DNA from: Alphaproteobacteria bacterium
Lineage (GTDB): Bacteria > Pseudomonadota > Alphaproteobacteria > RF32 > CAG-239
DNA length: 41,943 nucleotides
Direction: 5' to 3'
Assembly: GCA_045590955.1 (NCBI GenBank)
Contig: JAZNSB010000027.1
Coordinates: 1-41,943 of the forward strand
Part shown: positions 17,750-30,875 of the stretch, piece by piece
Position numbering within the stretch: the first letter of the stretch is position 1
Layout of the letters: each line of letters opens with the position of its first letter
The notes under the pieces: generated by a model
What the model saw: the letters and a program-made list of their open reading frames with translations, nothing else
What the model was told of the DNA's origin: nothing
The model's database searches: none
Position numbers and translations under genes: made by a program

Positions 17750-18652
17750 ATGACTAAAAAACATACTGACAATAAATCTTGTAATAAAAAACTAATCAAG
17801 CTTAAATGGTATAAAAGAGATCCCAATTTTGGAGATATGCTAAACATTGATTTGTTTAAAACATTTTCTGATTGTAAAATTATTTATGCCGATAAGCGAG
17901 AATGCGAAATGGCAGCCATAGGTTCTTTGTTGGATAATTTCTTAGTAAAAGAGAAGAATGCTTTTCTTTTGTTTTTCAAAAAATTATATTATAAAATAAG
18001 AAAAAATTCAAAACCGGTGATTGTGTATGGTTCCGGATTTATTAAAGAAAACAGAAGAAAAGGTCTGTCTGTTTGTGAAGAAGATTTTTTCTTGCGTTTT
18101 CTTGATGTTCGTGCGGTGAGGGGATATATTTCTTTAAACAGATTAAAGCAATCTAAACAGGTGAAAATTGCAGAAAATGTGGCATTAGGTGATCCGGGGT
18201 TGTTAATTTCTAAGATGTTTGATGTATCCGGTATAAAAAAGAAGTATAAGCTTGGTATAATTCCTCATTATGTAGAAAAAGACAGTGAACTTTTAAATAA
18301 GATTAAAGTAAAAAATGCTGTGGTTTTGGATGTGCAACAAAAACCGGAAGTTTTGATTAAGCAAATAGCAGAGTGTGAGGTTATATTGGCTAGTGCCATG
18401 CATGGGCTGATTGCTGCAGACAGTTTGGGTATTCCTAATGTCAGAATGGTAATGACAGATAAGCTTGTGGGTGGAGATTACAAATTTAATGATTATTACT
18501 CTGTTTTTGGAATAAATGAGCATAAGCGCATAATTTTAAATGAACGTGATTTTACAGATGAAGATGTGGAGCTGGTAAAAATGCAATATCCGATTGACAG
18601 AAACAAGGTAGAAGAAATACAGCAAAATTTGTTAAAGGTTTTTCCTGCTTGA
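17750..18652 (+). CDS. polysaccharide pyruvyl transferase (ExoV-like)
   Basis: NFGD, GSGF, AVRG, GDPGLL, GIIPHY, SAMHGLIAADSLGIP, YKFNDYY. Confidence 0.9.
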   Translation: MTKKHTDNKSCNKKLIKLKWYKRDPNFGDMLNIDLFKTFSDCKIIYADKRECEMAAIGSLLDNFLVKEKNAFLLFFKKLYYKIRKNSKPVIVYGSGFIKENRRKGLSVCEEDFFLRFLDVRAVRGYISLNRLKQSKQVKIAENVALGDPGLLISKMFDVSGIKKKYKLGIIPHYVEKDSELLNKIKVKNAVVLDVQQKPEVLIKQIAECEVILASAMHGLIAADSLGIPNVRMVMTDKLVGGDYKFNDYYSVFGINEHKRIILNERDFTDEDVELVKMQYPIDRNKVEEIQQNLLKVFPA

Positions 18653-18715
18653 AAATACTTGCAAAAGTATATGCTTTAGATTTTAAGATATTCGGATGTT
18701 TTTATCTATGAATAA

Positions 18716-18765
18716 ATATCGCCAAGAATTAATTTATTGCAAAAAATGGCGATATGTTGTATAAT
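18716..18765 (+). promoter_or_regulatory. promoter with overlapping 9-bp inverted repeat
   Basis: TTGCAA-17-TATAAT; ATATCGCCA (18716-24) / TGGCGATAT (18747-55). Confidence 0.5.
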
Positions 18766-18803
18766 TGATGTAATGATATAATGGTTTTATCGGGAGAAAA
18801 AAC

Positions 18804-19367
18804 ATGATTAACAAGCAAGCTCAAGAGGCGGAAGATAATAAACAAGATCAAGTAATAACAAACGAATTAATGTTTGTTGTTTATGATAGACAAACCGGAC
18901 GTGTTACATTCATGGAAGGTTATGAGGAAGAGTATAAAAGAGTTTGTGATGATATTGAAAGAGGTGTTTGGGAACACATAGGCGCAACACAAGAGACAGC
19001 CAATGATGATCAGAAAAATTTGGTTCGAGCATGGACTTGCTGTTTTATTAGGAAAAAAATTTTGGAAGCAAATGGTTTGCAACCTAATGACCAAGAACAA
19101 GAAGATTTTGATAAAATGGGTGAAATGATGGAAGTGTTGCAAAAAACTTCTCAAACCGCTGTAAATACACAACAAAAACAGGAAGATCGTGAACAGAAGC
19201 CTCGGGCAGATGATGTTATACCAAATAGGCCTCCATATGCATTCAATCAGAAGGTTCAGCCAGAAGAATTAAGACAGAAACTGAAGCTGAAGCCGAAGTT
19301 GGATGAAATAAAACAGGGATCTAATAACAGAAGGTGCGGGCCGATTATTGCCGATAATTCCCGTTAA
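18804..19367 (+). CDS. hypothetical Q/E-rich protein
   Basis: 187-aa ORF with GGGAG RBS; ends ...DNSR. Confidence 0.75.
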   Translation: MINKQAQEAEDNKQDQVITNELMFVVYDRQTGRVTFMEGYEEEYKRVCDDIERGVWEHIGATQETANDDQKNLVRAWTCCFIRKKILEANGLQPNDQEQEDFDKMGEMMEVLQKTSQTAVNTQQKQEDREQKPRADDVIPNRPPYAFNQKVQPEELRQKLKLKPKLDEIKQGSNNRRCGPIIADNSR

Positions 19368-19393
19368 ATAATTAAGCAACTAAGGATTGCGCG

Positions 19394-20578
19394 GTGAAGA
19401 TTGATATATTAGATATTAGTATTGAAGATATATTGCCTTCCAGGATTGTGAATACAAATACGTTGTATTTTGAAAATCTTTTGGAATCTATATCTTCTTG
19501 TGGTGTAGTAGTTCGTCCGATTGTAATAAAAGAAGGAAATTTTGCATATCGTTTGGAAGACGGTCACCTAAGAATTGAAGCGTTAAAAAAATTAAATGCT
19601 TCAACGGTGACTGCAGTGGTGCTTATTCCTGAAGGACATGAAAAACAAGAGGATATAAAACAAAAAATCGCTTGGATGTATTTCTGTTATGATGAAGCAG
19701 CGCTTGATAAAACATCGTATCCTTATATAGATCAACAAAGAATGTTTTTAAATTTGAGATATTCTATGGGTAAAATACAGGAAGATTTTACTTTTATGCA
19801 TTCTTTATGTGGAGCAGATGAAACTTATCATTTTGAAAAGTTTTTTGCTTTGCAAAAAAAATCTGATAATTTATATCAATACATTGAGCAAAAAATATCT
19901 TTTTTAAATTTGTATTATAATCCGAATAATTTGGTTAAGGCAGATAAATTATTATCAATGTCTCAAGATGTGTTGTGGAGCAGAATAAATTTTTCTAAAA
20001 ATTATGTGGAAAAGATATTTCGTTCATCAAATCAGGTGGTTGATTTTTGTAGATATATTCCGGATAAGGAAGCTTTGTTCGGTAAAAACAGTGTGTTCTT
20101 GGGTTATGTGGCCAAAGTTGTTTCTAATATGTCGCAAATTCAAGAAAAAATCGGCGATTTTGGGGTGGATGTAAAACAACTAAAGGTGTTGGCAAATAGA
20201 TTGGAATTGGATAATAAGTTTTTCAAATTAAGAAATTTGCCAATTTTTTTGAAAAAGAAATTGGTTTTATCGACTGAAGATGCCCGGATAAATGCTGTCT
20301 CTAAACAACAAGATGTTCGTTTTGTAAATATGGCAACTAAAAAGGGCACTAAAAAGAGATATAATCAGGATGTTTTAATAGAAAATGTTGGTGAATTTAT
20401 AAGCCAATTGCCCATTTCTTCGGAGCTTAGAAACGTGGTAAACAGAACAGCCGGAATGCTTGACAGACCATCTGTTACCAAAAAAGAAGGTCCGCTCATT
20501 TCTCCGGAGTACAAAAGAGTGTTAGCCACAAATTTGGCAACAGTTAGAGGCATGTTAGATAGAGAATTGGCAAAGTAA
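19394..20578 (+). CDS. ParB/Srx N-terminal domain protein
   Basis: LLESISSCGVVVRPIVI...LEDGHLRIEALKKL matches the ParB-N pattern. Confidence 0.75.
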   Translation: MKIDILDISIEDILPSRIVNTNTLYFENLLESISSCGVVVRPIVIKEGNFAYRLEDGHLRIEALKKLNASTVTAVVLIPEGHEKQEDIKQKIAWMYFCYDEAALDKTSYPYIDQQRMFLNLRYSMGKIQEDFTFMHSLCGADETYHFEKFFALQKKSDNLYQYIEQKISFLNLYYNPNNLVKADKLLSMSQDVLWSRINFSKNYVEKIFRSSNQVVDFCRYIPDKEALFGKNSVFLGYVAKVVSNMSQIQEKIGDFGVDVKQLKVLANRLELDNKFFKLRNLPIFLKKKLVLSTEDARINAVSKQQDVRFVNMATKKGTKKRYNQDVLIENVGEFISQLPISSELRNVVNRTAGMLDRPSVTKKEGPLISPEYKRVLATNLATVRGMLDRELAK

Positions 20579-20621
20579 CAACCTGTCTTCTGGAAGAAAA
20601 AAACGGTTTGGCAAATCTCAG

Positions 20622-20681
20622 ATAGATCAAAATAAAGTTGAAGAAATACAAGACAACTTGCTGAAGGTTTTTCCTGCTTAG
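20622..20681 (+). pseudogene. displaced 3' end of a pyruvyltransferase homologue
   Basis: IDQNKVEEIQDNLLKVFPA* versus IDRNKVEEIQQNLLKVFPA* at 18593-18652. Confidence 0.85.
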
Positions 20682-20777
20682 AAAGAAAAGGTTTTGCTTG
20701 CAATGATGTTTAATTTGTGATATTTTAGACAAAATTTAATTTGTATAAACTGTATTTTTTTTAATAAACTTATTTTT

Positions 20778-21554
20778 ATGGAACAAAAAGAAATTGTAAG
20801 AATGCTGGAAAGCATTACGGGAAAAACCTTGAAAGGTATGCCATGGCAGGAAGTTGTGGAAGAAGGCGTTTTGGGACTTATCAAGGACTCTAAAGAGTGG
20901 GTTGTGCCTGAAAAATATATGAAATTTTTGGCGGAATATCCATATGAGGTAAACCTTTACGACCGCAAGGTGGCAGTTGAGTTGTTTACCATTGCTCTGC
21001 AGAGGATTTGGCATGGTGCGGTACCAAAAACAAGGCAACTTTTTGATATTCATCTGATTGATATTCATCTGAATCTTAGTGATGAACACAAGAAACTTGC
21101 GCTCTATTACTATTTGTCACAGCCAATGACAAAGGGATGTTATGACTTTATTATGGGGCAGGCTATGGTAACTTGCTTGAATGCAGAGGCAACAAAAGCT
21201 TTGGCTTTGGAAATCTGCTTTGCATTGTTAGAGTGGATTAATCCAGATGGTTCTGTGAATAAGAATGTGTCAATGCTTGGTGATTTTGCCGACGAGGCAG
21301 CCAGTTTGTTTTTGAGAGCAGAAGCGTTGGTGAGAGTTCATGCATCTTTTGAGCAGATATATTACAGGTATGCTCGTAAAGGTCAGTGGGAAAAACACAA
21401 AATGTGGTTTTCTGAAAATTTTAAGCGTATAGATTGGAATGCTTTTTTCAGAGATACTCATGTGTTAGACGGTTGTAATTTTATTGAAAGAGCCGTCAGA
21501 AAGAAAAAAATTAAAGAAGAAATTAAAACAATCTCATTAAAAAAGGCAATGTAG
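20778..21554 (+). CDS. hypothetical protein
   Basis: 258-aa ORF ending at a terminator. Confidence 0.75.
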   Translation: MEQKEIVRMLESITGKTLKGMPWQEVVEEGVLGLIKDSKEWVVPEKYMKFLAEYPYEVNLYDRKVAVELFTIALQRIWHGAVPKTRQLFDIHLIDIHLNLSDEHKKLALYYYLSQPMTKGCYDFIMGQAMVTCLNAEATKALALEICFALLEWINPDGSVNKNVSMLGDFADEAASLFLRAEALVRVHASFEQIYYRYARKGQWEKHKMWFSENFKRIDWNAFFRDTHVLDGCNFIERAVRKKKIKEEIKTISLKKAM

Positions 21555-21578
21555 AGCTAAAATTACTTCAAAAACATA

Positions 21579-21606
21579 AGGAAACCGCCTAAAAAGGCGG
21601 TTTCCT
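21579..21606. terminator. bidirectional terminator
   Basis: aggaaaccgcct-aaaa-aggcggtttcct. Confidence 0.8.
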
Positions 21607-22547
21607 TATTTATAATCTTTTAAATTATCTAAATACATTTGCCAAAACAGGCCGTTGCTGACGTGTCCTCTGTCGGCTCTTAAAAATAATTTTGATTTTG
21701 GCAATGATTTGTGCAGTAAATATGCCTGAGACGGGGGGCAACACGGATCCCAACGATTTTGATATATGTGTGTGGGGATATGTGCAATTTTATAACAATC
21801 TCTAATAAGCTGATTTTCTTCCAAAAAACTGTTGTTTATTTTGTAATGCATAAAAATTTGAAATTTTGCAATTTCTTTGTCTTCAAATTCTTTTTGTTCA
21901 AACTTATAAGAAAGCGCCCCTCTGCCAACAGTATGCTCTAACGTTTTGTAATATCTCATAGCTTTTTGTCTGTCTGATTTCTTTGCAGAAAACAGCAGTG
22001 CGGCAAAATATGAGTCAAGTTCTGTTTGGTTGCTGATGTTGTTTAGGTCGTCAAGCAAATCAGGATAAAAATACGGTGCAATGGGTGACATATTGTCAAA
22101 ATCTTCTTTTCTGGCTAAAAATACGGCACTTAAAACAATGTGATTTACGAGCTCCGGATATGTTTGAGCAAACAAAACTGCACAAGTTGACCCCCAAGAA
22201 CATCCGCAAGACATTACTTTGCCTTTGATGTCTAAAAAGTCTAACAGTCTTTTAGCGTCAGATACAATTTCTTGAATGCCGTTGTGTGCAAATGCCGATT
22301 GGGCTTTTGAATTGCCGCACCCTCTTTGGTCAAATAAGATAACCCTATATTTTTTTAAATCAAAAGCAAATGCGTGTCCGACTTTGCTGCTTCCTCCCGG
22401 TCCGCCATGAAAACAAATTACCGGTTTGCCGTTTGGGTTGCCGACTTCTTGAAAATATATTTCATGCCCGTCTTTGGGCGGGAGATATCCGCAGTTAAAT
22501 GGTTTTAAAAACTTGTTTCTGATGTTGTAATATAATCGTTCAAACAT
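21606..22547 (-). CDS. pip: proline iminopeptidase (alpha/beta hydrolase)
   Basis: GNPNGKPV..HGGPG, FDQRGCG, GCSWGS; AAGGAG before 22547. Confidence 0.88.
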   Translation of the reverse strand: MFERLYYNIRNKFLKPFNCGYLPPKDGHEIYFQEVGNPNGKPVICFHGGPGGSSKVGHAFAFDLKKYRVILFDQRGCGNSKAQSAFAHNGIQEIVSDAKRLLDFLDIKGKVMSCGCSWGSTCAVLFAQTYPELVNHIVLSAVFLARKEDFDNMSPIAPYFYPDLLDDLNNISNQTELDSYFAALLFSAKKSDRQKAMRYYKTLEHTVGRGALSYKFEQKEFEDKEIAKFQIFMHYKINNSFLEENQLIRDCYKIAHIPTHIYQNRWDPCCPPSQAYLLHKSLPKSKLFLRADRGHVSNGLFWQMYLDNLKDYK

Positions 22548-22702
22548 ACTTTTCTCCTTATAAAAAAGCATATCAATATATAAAAGAAAATGTCAATATA
22601 AATGTAAAACTTTAAAATATGCAGGGATTGGAAAATAAGGACTTATTTTAAAAGAACTTGAAAAAAGTTTTTTTTAATGTTTAATAAAATAAGGAGGGGA
22701 AA

Positions 22703-23224
22703 ATGGAAACAATTGAAGCAATTAAGACCAGAAGAAGTATAAGACAATTTACAAATGAAATTGTAAGTGATGAGCAATTAAAAGAGCTGATGAGAATAAC
22801 TGCATATGCACCAAGCTGGAGAAATTCGCAAACAAGCAGATATGTTGCGGTAAAAGATGAAAAAATAAAACAGCAAATTGTAGATGAGTGTTTGAAAGAT
22901 TTTGATTGGAATAAAAATATAGTTTCAAAAGCAAATGTTTTGTTTGTGCAGGTTTTTGATGCTAATGATCCAAAGTTGGCAGATAAAACAGAAAATTGGA
23001 TGTGTTTTGATGCCGGAATTTCTGCACAAACTCTTTGTCTTGCCGCTCATGATATGGGCTTGGGAACGGTAATTTTGGGCATTTATGATAATGACAAGCT
23101 CAAAGATGTGCTGAAATTAAAAGAAAATGAACAGGTTTCTTGTTTGATTGCGCTGGGATATCATAATCAAAACCCAAATACGCCTCCCAGAAAAGGTGTG
23201 GAAGAATTGCTGAAAATTTTATAA
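22703..23224 (+). CDS. nitroreductase family protein
   Basis: RRSIRQF, APSWRNSQ, DAGI..Q.L.LAA...GLGT. Confidence 0.92.
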   Translation: METIEAIKTRRSIRQFTNEIVSDEQLKELMRITAYAPSWRNSQTSRYVAVKDEKIKQQIVDECLKDFDWNKNIVSKANVLFVQVFDANDPKLADKTENWMCFDAGISAQTLCLAAHDMGLGTVILGIYDNDKLKDVLKLKENEQVSCLIALGYHNQNPNTPPRKGVEELLKIL

Positions 23225-23240
23225 TAAAAAAGGAAAAATT

Positions 23241-23975
23241 GTGAAATTTAAGTTTTTGTTTTATCTCGTTTGCGCAGTTTTTATTGCTTTTGATGCTTCT
23301 GCTCAGGTTTCAAAAGGTGTGATTGCAAGTAAAGTGCGTTCTGCAGAAAATTATACAAGTATGGAACAATTGCCTGATTTGGTGGCGCAAATTACTAAAG
23401 GGCTTAAGAGCAATGAAGCCAAAGCTTATGCCATATATGCATGGATTGCTCAGTTTATCGGATATGATAAATATAAGCAGGGAGAGATAGATAAGCAATA
23501 TAAAGGCAATAGAAATAAGGTGGCAGAGCTACCTCAACAAGATATTTTGACATCAAGAGCAGGTGTGTGTGAAGAAATTGCTGTTTTGTTTGCTAAAATG
23601 TGTACAGAGGCAAAAGTGCCGGCCAGAGTAATTACCGGTTGTTTGGCTTCTTCTAAAAATTCTAAAGAGTGCAGAGAAAGTCCTCATGCTTGGAATGCCG
23701 TTTGGATTAATGGTAAATGGGAGCTGGTGGATGTGACAAATGCTTTGAACAGTATGGTAATGACAGATATTTCTTCTTTGGGAAGATATGAAAGAGAACT
23801 TAATAAACAGATAAAACCAACCGGTTCTATGAAAAAAAAGTTTGGAGCAAAAACACATTCATTTAATGAAGATTATTTTATGATAAATCCAAATAAAATG
23901 AGAAGAGATCATCATCCAAAAGACGAAAGATGGTATTTAACCAATAGCACAGACAGAAAAGATGCAAAAATGTAA
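23241..23975 (+). CDS. secreted transglutaminase-like protein
   Basis: signal peptide; GVC / HAWN / LVDVT Cys-His-Asp triad. Confidence 0.85.
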   Translation: MKFKFLFYLVCAVFIAFDASAQVSKGVIASKVRSAENYTSMEQLPDLVAQITKGLKSNEAKAYAIYAWIAQFIGYDKYKQGEIDKQYKGNRNKVAELPQQDILTSRAGVCEEIAVLFAKMCTEAKVPARVITGCLASSKNSKECRESPHAWNAVWINGKWELVDVTNALNSMVMTDISSLGRYERELNKQIKPTGSMKKKFGAKTHSFNEDYFMINPNKMRRDHHPKDERWYLTNSTDRKDAKM

Positions 23976-23979
23976 TAAG

Positions 23980-24013
23980 ACACCCCAAATGTCGTGAATG
24001 GCAAATGGGGTGT
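23980..24013. terminator. terminator between convergent genes
   Basis: acacccca...tggggtgt. Confidence 0.6.
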
Positions 24014-24017
24014 ATTT

Positions 24018-24407
24018 TTAATCAAAATAAGAATCTGAAGTAATCAGTTTTGCTTTTAGTTCGTTATCTGCACATTTTAAGATGTTGATTTTTGTTTTGT
24101 AATCAAACTTTGTATAATAACTACACAACAGGTCTTTACTGTGCGGTTTGTTCATTAAAAAAACAACTGCATCTTCAGATAAAAAATTTTGATACAAATA
24201 GAATTTATGCAAGGCTTTGCTGACGTTTTCAAACGTATTTGCAAACTCCACAATCAATAAAAAGTCTTGTTCATTGATGCTGTGGTGTGTGTTCAGATAT
24301 TGTTGAACAGTGCCGTTTTTTATTGCATGTGCAACATTTTTTTTGCCTTTTTGAGCCAGCAAATTTGTATAAACCTCTGTAAGTAAAATGGAATAATTAT
24401 TTTGCAT
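24018..24407 (-). CDS. hypothetical protein
   Basis: 129-aa ORF. Confidence 0.6.
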   Translation of the reverse strand: MQNNYSILLTEVYTNLLAQKGKKNVAHAIKNGTVQQYLNTHHSINEQDFLLIVEFANTFENVSKALHKFYLYQNFLSEDAVVFLMNKPHSKDLLCSYYTKFDYKTKINILKCADNELKAKLITSDSYFD

Positions 24408-24471
24408 ATATATAAAAGTTTAAAAATTACTAATGACATGTCAGTATATATGTTGTTGAAAAAAAAGCAAG

Positions 24472-24500
24472 AAAAAAGCCATCTTTTCAGATGGCTTTTT
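24472..24500. terminator. intrinsic terminator
   Basis: aaaaagccatct-tttc-agatggcttttt. Confidence 0.85.
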
Positions 24501-24502
24501 GG

Positions 24503-28209
<3,707 letters not shown>

Positions 28210-28341
28210 GGTTTTTCTCCTGTAAAGTTTATATGTCTCAATAATAGCATATTTTTGTCTATTTGTCAAATGATGCTTTATTGTTTTTTTACCTTTGTTC
28301 AATATAATGAGAAAAAGTTAATATATGTTGAAGAGAAAAAA

Positions 28342-28977
28342 ATGGATAAAGTAATTTTATGGGATTGGGATAATACGTTGGCAGATACTTTCGGGGCAAT
28401 TTTTGCTTCGCAAAATGCCTTACTGTTAAAATTAAACATGAAGCCTTGGAGCAAAAAAGAATCTAAAGAGGTAATGAATAAGGCCGGAAATAAAATTTTT
28501 GAAGAATTGTTCGGAAAAAATAAAGCTAAAAAAGCAAATGAAGTTTATTGGAAACTGTATCACAGAAACATTGACAAGGTAAAGTTGTTTGATGATGCAA
28601 AAGAAGTGCTTGCAGAGGCTAAAAAAATGGGCTTTCGTAACGTGGTTGCCAGTAATAAAGATGATGATGTGCTTAAAAAAGAAATTAAGCAAATGAAAGT
28701 GCAAAATTTAATTGATTTTGCAATTGGTGCCAGAAAAATAAAATTTGATAAGCCGGCAAAGCAATTTACTGATGCGGCACTTAAAAATTTTAATCCGCAA
28801 AAAATTATTGCCATTGGAGATAGTCGGTCGGATATTTTAATGGCAAGAAATTATGAAAATGCAGTGGCTATTTTGGTTCATAGTTCTCAGAAAAGTGCAG
28901 AGTTTAATGATGTTAAACCTGATTTTTGTGTTAAATCTCTAAATGCTGCATTGAAAATTTTGAAGAAATTAAGCTGA
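28342..28977 (+). CDS. HAD-family phosphatase (phosphoglycolate phosphatase-like)
   Basis: WDWDNTLADT, ASNK, DKP, IGDSRSD. Confidence 0.9.
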   Translation: MDKVILWDWDNTLADTFGAIFASQNALLLKLNMKPWSKKESKEVMNKAGNKIFEELFGKNKAKKANEVYWKLYHRNIDKVKLFDDAKEVLAEAKKMGFRNVVASNKDDDVLKKEIKQMKVQNLIDFAIGARKIKFDKPAKQFTDAALKNFNPQKIIAIGDSRSDILMARNYENAVAILVHSSQKSAEFNDVKPDFCVKSLNAALKILKKLS

Positions 28978-29079
28978 TCTTTCTTGCTATTTTGTGGTGG
29001 AAAACTTTTGTCTGTCTTCTTGAAAATTGAGCATTTTACCTTATTATAATGCCAATTTTAACTAACATAGAGAAGACAA

Positions 29080-30867
29080 ATGATAAATAACATTTCCGCA
29101 TTACAAAAACAACGTATGACATATAAACCTAAATTGCCAAAAACTTTGCAAAAAGGGATTAAAAAATTGGTGCTGCTCAGCGGTGAAAAAACAACTGCTC
29201 AGAATAATGTAGACCAAATTAAAGAATTGTTCCCAAATACTTTTGGTCAGCCATTGGTATATTTTAAAAACGCAACAAAGTCTAAAACCGCCAAAAAAAT
29301 TACAAAATTGCAACCGAAAAACGTGGGAATTATTTTGTCAGGAGGACAGGCTCCGGGTGGTCATAATGTGGTGGCTGGTTTGTTTGATGCTCTTAAACAA
29401 GCAGATGAAAATAATAAGTTGTATGGTTTCTTGGGCGGTCCTTCCGGTATTGTGGACGGCAAATATGTGGAAATTACTCATGAGTTTATGGATAAATACA
29501 GAAATACCGGCGGATTTGACATTATCGGCTCCGGAAGAACAAAGCTTGAAACTCAAGAGCAGTTTATGAAGGCTTGGAATGTGTGCCAAAATTTGGATAT
29601 TAATGCAATTGTGATTATCGGTGGAGATGATTCAAATACAAATGCAGCTCTTATGGCAGAGTGGTTTGTGGCTCATAATGCAAACATTCAGGTAATAGGT
29701 TGTCCGAAAACAATTGACGGAGATCTTAAAAATAGTCAAATTGAAACATCTTTCGGTTTTGATACCGCAACAAAAACTTATGCAGAATTGGTAGGAAATA
29801 TCGGAACAGATGTGCTATCTGCCAAAAAGTATTGGCACTTTATAAAAATGATGGGAAGAAATGCTACCCATGTGGCCTTGGAAGTGGCTTTGCAAACTCA
29901 ACCAAACATTACCATTATTTCTGAAGAAATTGAACAAGATAAGGTTTCTTTGGATAGTATTATCGGTTATATTGCAAACATTGTAGTGCAAAGAGCAAAT
30001 GCCGGAAAAAACTTTGGAACGGTCTTGGTGCCCGAAGGTTTGATTGAATTTGTGCCGGAAATGAAAGTGCTGATTGAAAACATTAATGACGTATTTGCTC
30101 TTATTTCTGATGAACCTGCATATATTGAGGCAAAAAATGACGGAGCAAGATTTAAGTTGTTGGTGCAAAAATTGGAAACAATTAATCCGGAATCTGCAAA
30201 AGTGTTTGATTCCTTGCCGACAATGATTAAAGCACAACTGTTGATGGATAGAGATCCGCACGGAAATGTTCAGGTTTCTAAAATTGAAACAGAAAGGCTT
30301 TTGATTGAAATGCTAAAAACAAAACTGGAAAATCTGAAACAAGAAGGTATATATAATGGCAAGTTTAATTTCCAAACACACTTCTTTGGTTATGAGGGAA
30401 GATGTGCAATGCCTTCTAATTTTGATGCAGATTATTGTTATTCTTTGGGATTTAATGCTTTCGCATTAATTCAGTTTGGCTTGACAGGATATATTTCTGC
30501 AATCAAAAACTTGGCAAAAGGTGCAAAGTTTTGGACCGCTTGCGGTGCTCCGCTTACCATGATGATGAATATGGAAAAAAGACACGGACAATATAAACCG
30601 GTTATTAAAAAAGCGTTGGTGGACTTAAATGGACCGGTGTTTAAGTATTTGGAAAAAAACAGAGAAGAGTGGGCGCTAAATGAATGTTATCGTAATCCGG
30701 GAGCAATTCAGTATTTTGGTCCGCAAGTCGTAACAGATACAACAACAATGACTTTGGCTTTAGAAACAAATGACGGTTTGGTTATATCTGCAAAACCTAA
30801 AAATCCGATTAGCTCTTTTAAGGCTTTTTTGAAAAAATACAGACCTCATTTGTTGAAAAATAAGTAG
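29080..30867 (+). CDS. pfp: PPi-dependent phosphofructokinase, long clade
   Basis: SGGQAPGGHNV, GGDDSNTNA, PKTIDGDL, MGR, FGYEGR. Confidence 0.95.
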   Translation: MINNISALQKQRMTYKPKLPKTLQKGIKKLVLLSGEKTTAQNNVDQIKELFPNTFGQPLVYFKNATKSKTAKKITKLQPKNVGIILSGGQAPGGHNVVAGLFDALKQADENNKLYGFLGGPSGIVDGKYVEITHEFMDKYRNTGGFDIIGSGRTKLETQEQFMKAWNVCQNLDINAIVIIGGDDSNTNAALMAEWFVAHNANIQVIGCPKTIDGDLKNSQIETSFGFDTATKTYAELVGNIGTDVLSAKKYWHFIKMMGRNATHVALEVALQTQPNITIISEEIEQDKVSLDSIIGYIANIVVQRANAGKNFGTVLVPEGLIEFVPEMKVLIENINDVFALISDEPAYIEAKNDGARFKLLVQKLETINPESAKVFDSLPTMIKAQLLMDRDPHGNVQVSKIETERLLIEMLKTKLENLKQEGIYNGKFNFQTHFFGYEGRCAMPSNFDADYCYSLGFNAFALIQFGLTGYISAIKNLAKGAKFWTACGAPLTMMMNMEKRHGQYKPVIKKALVDLNGPVFKYLEKNREEWALNECYRNPGAIQYFGPQVVTDTTTMTLALETNDGLVISAKPKNPISSFKAFLKKYRPHLLKNK

Positions 30868-30875
30868 GAGAAAAA

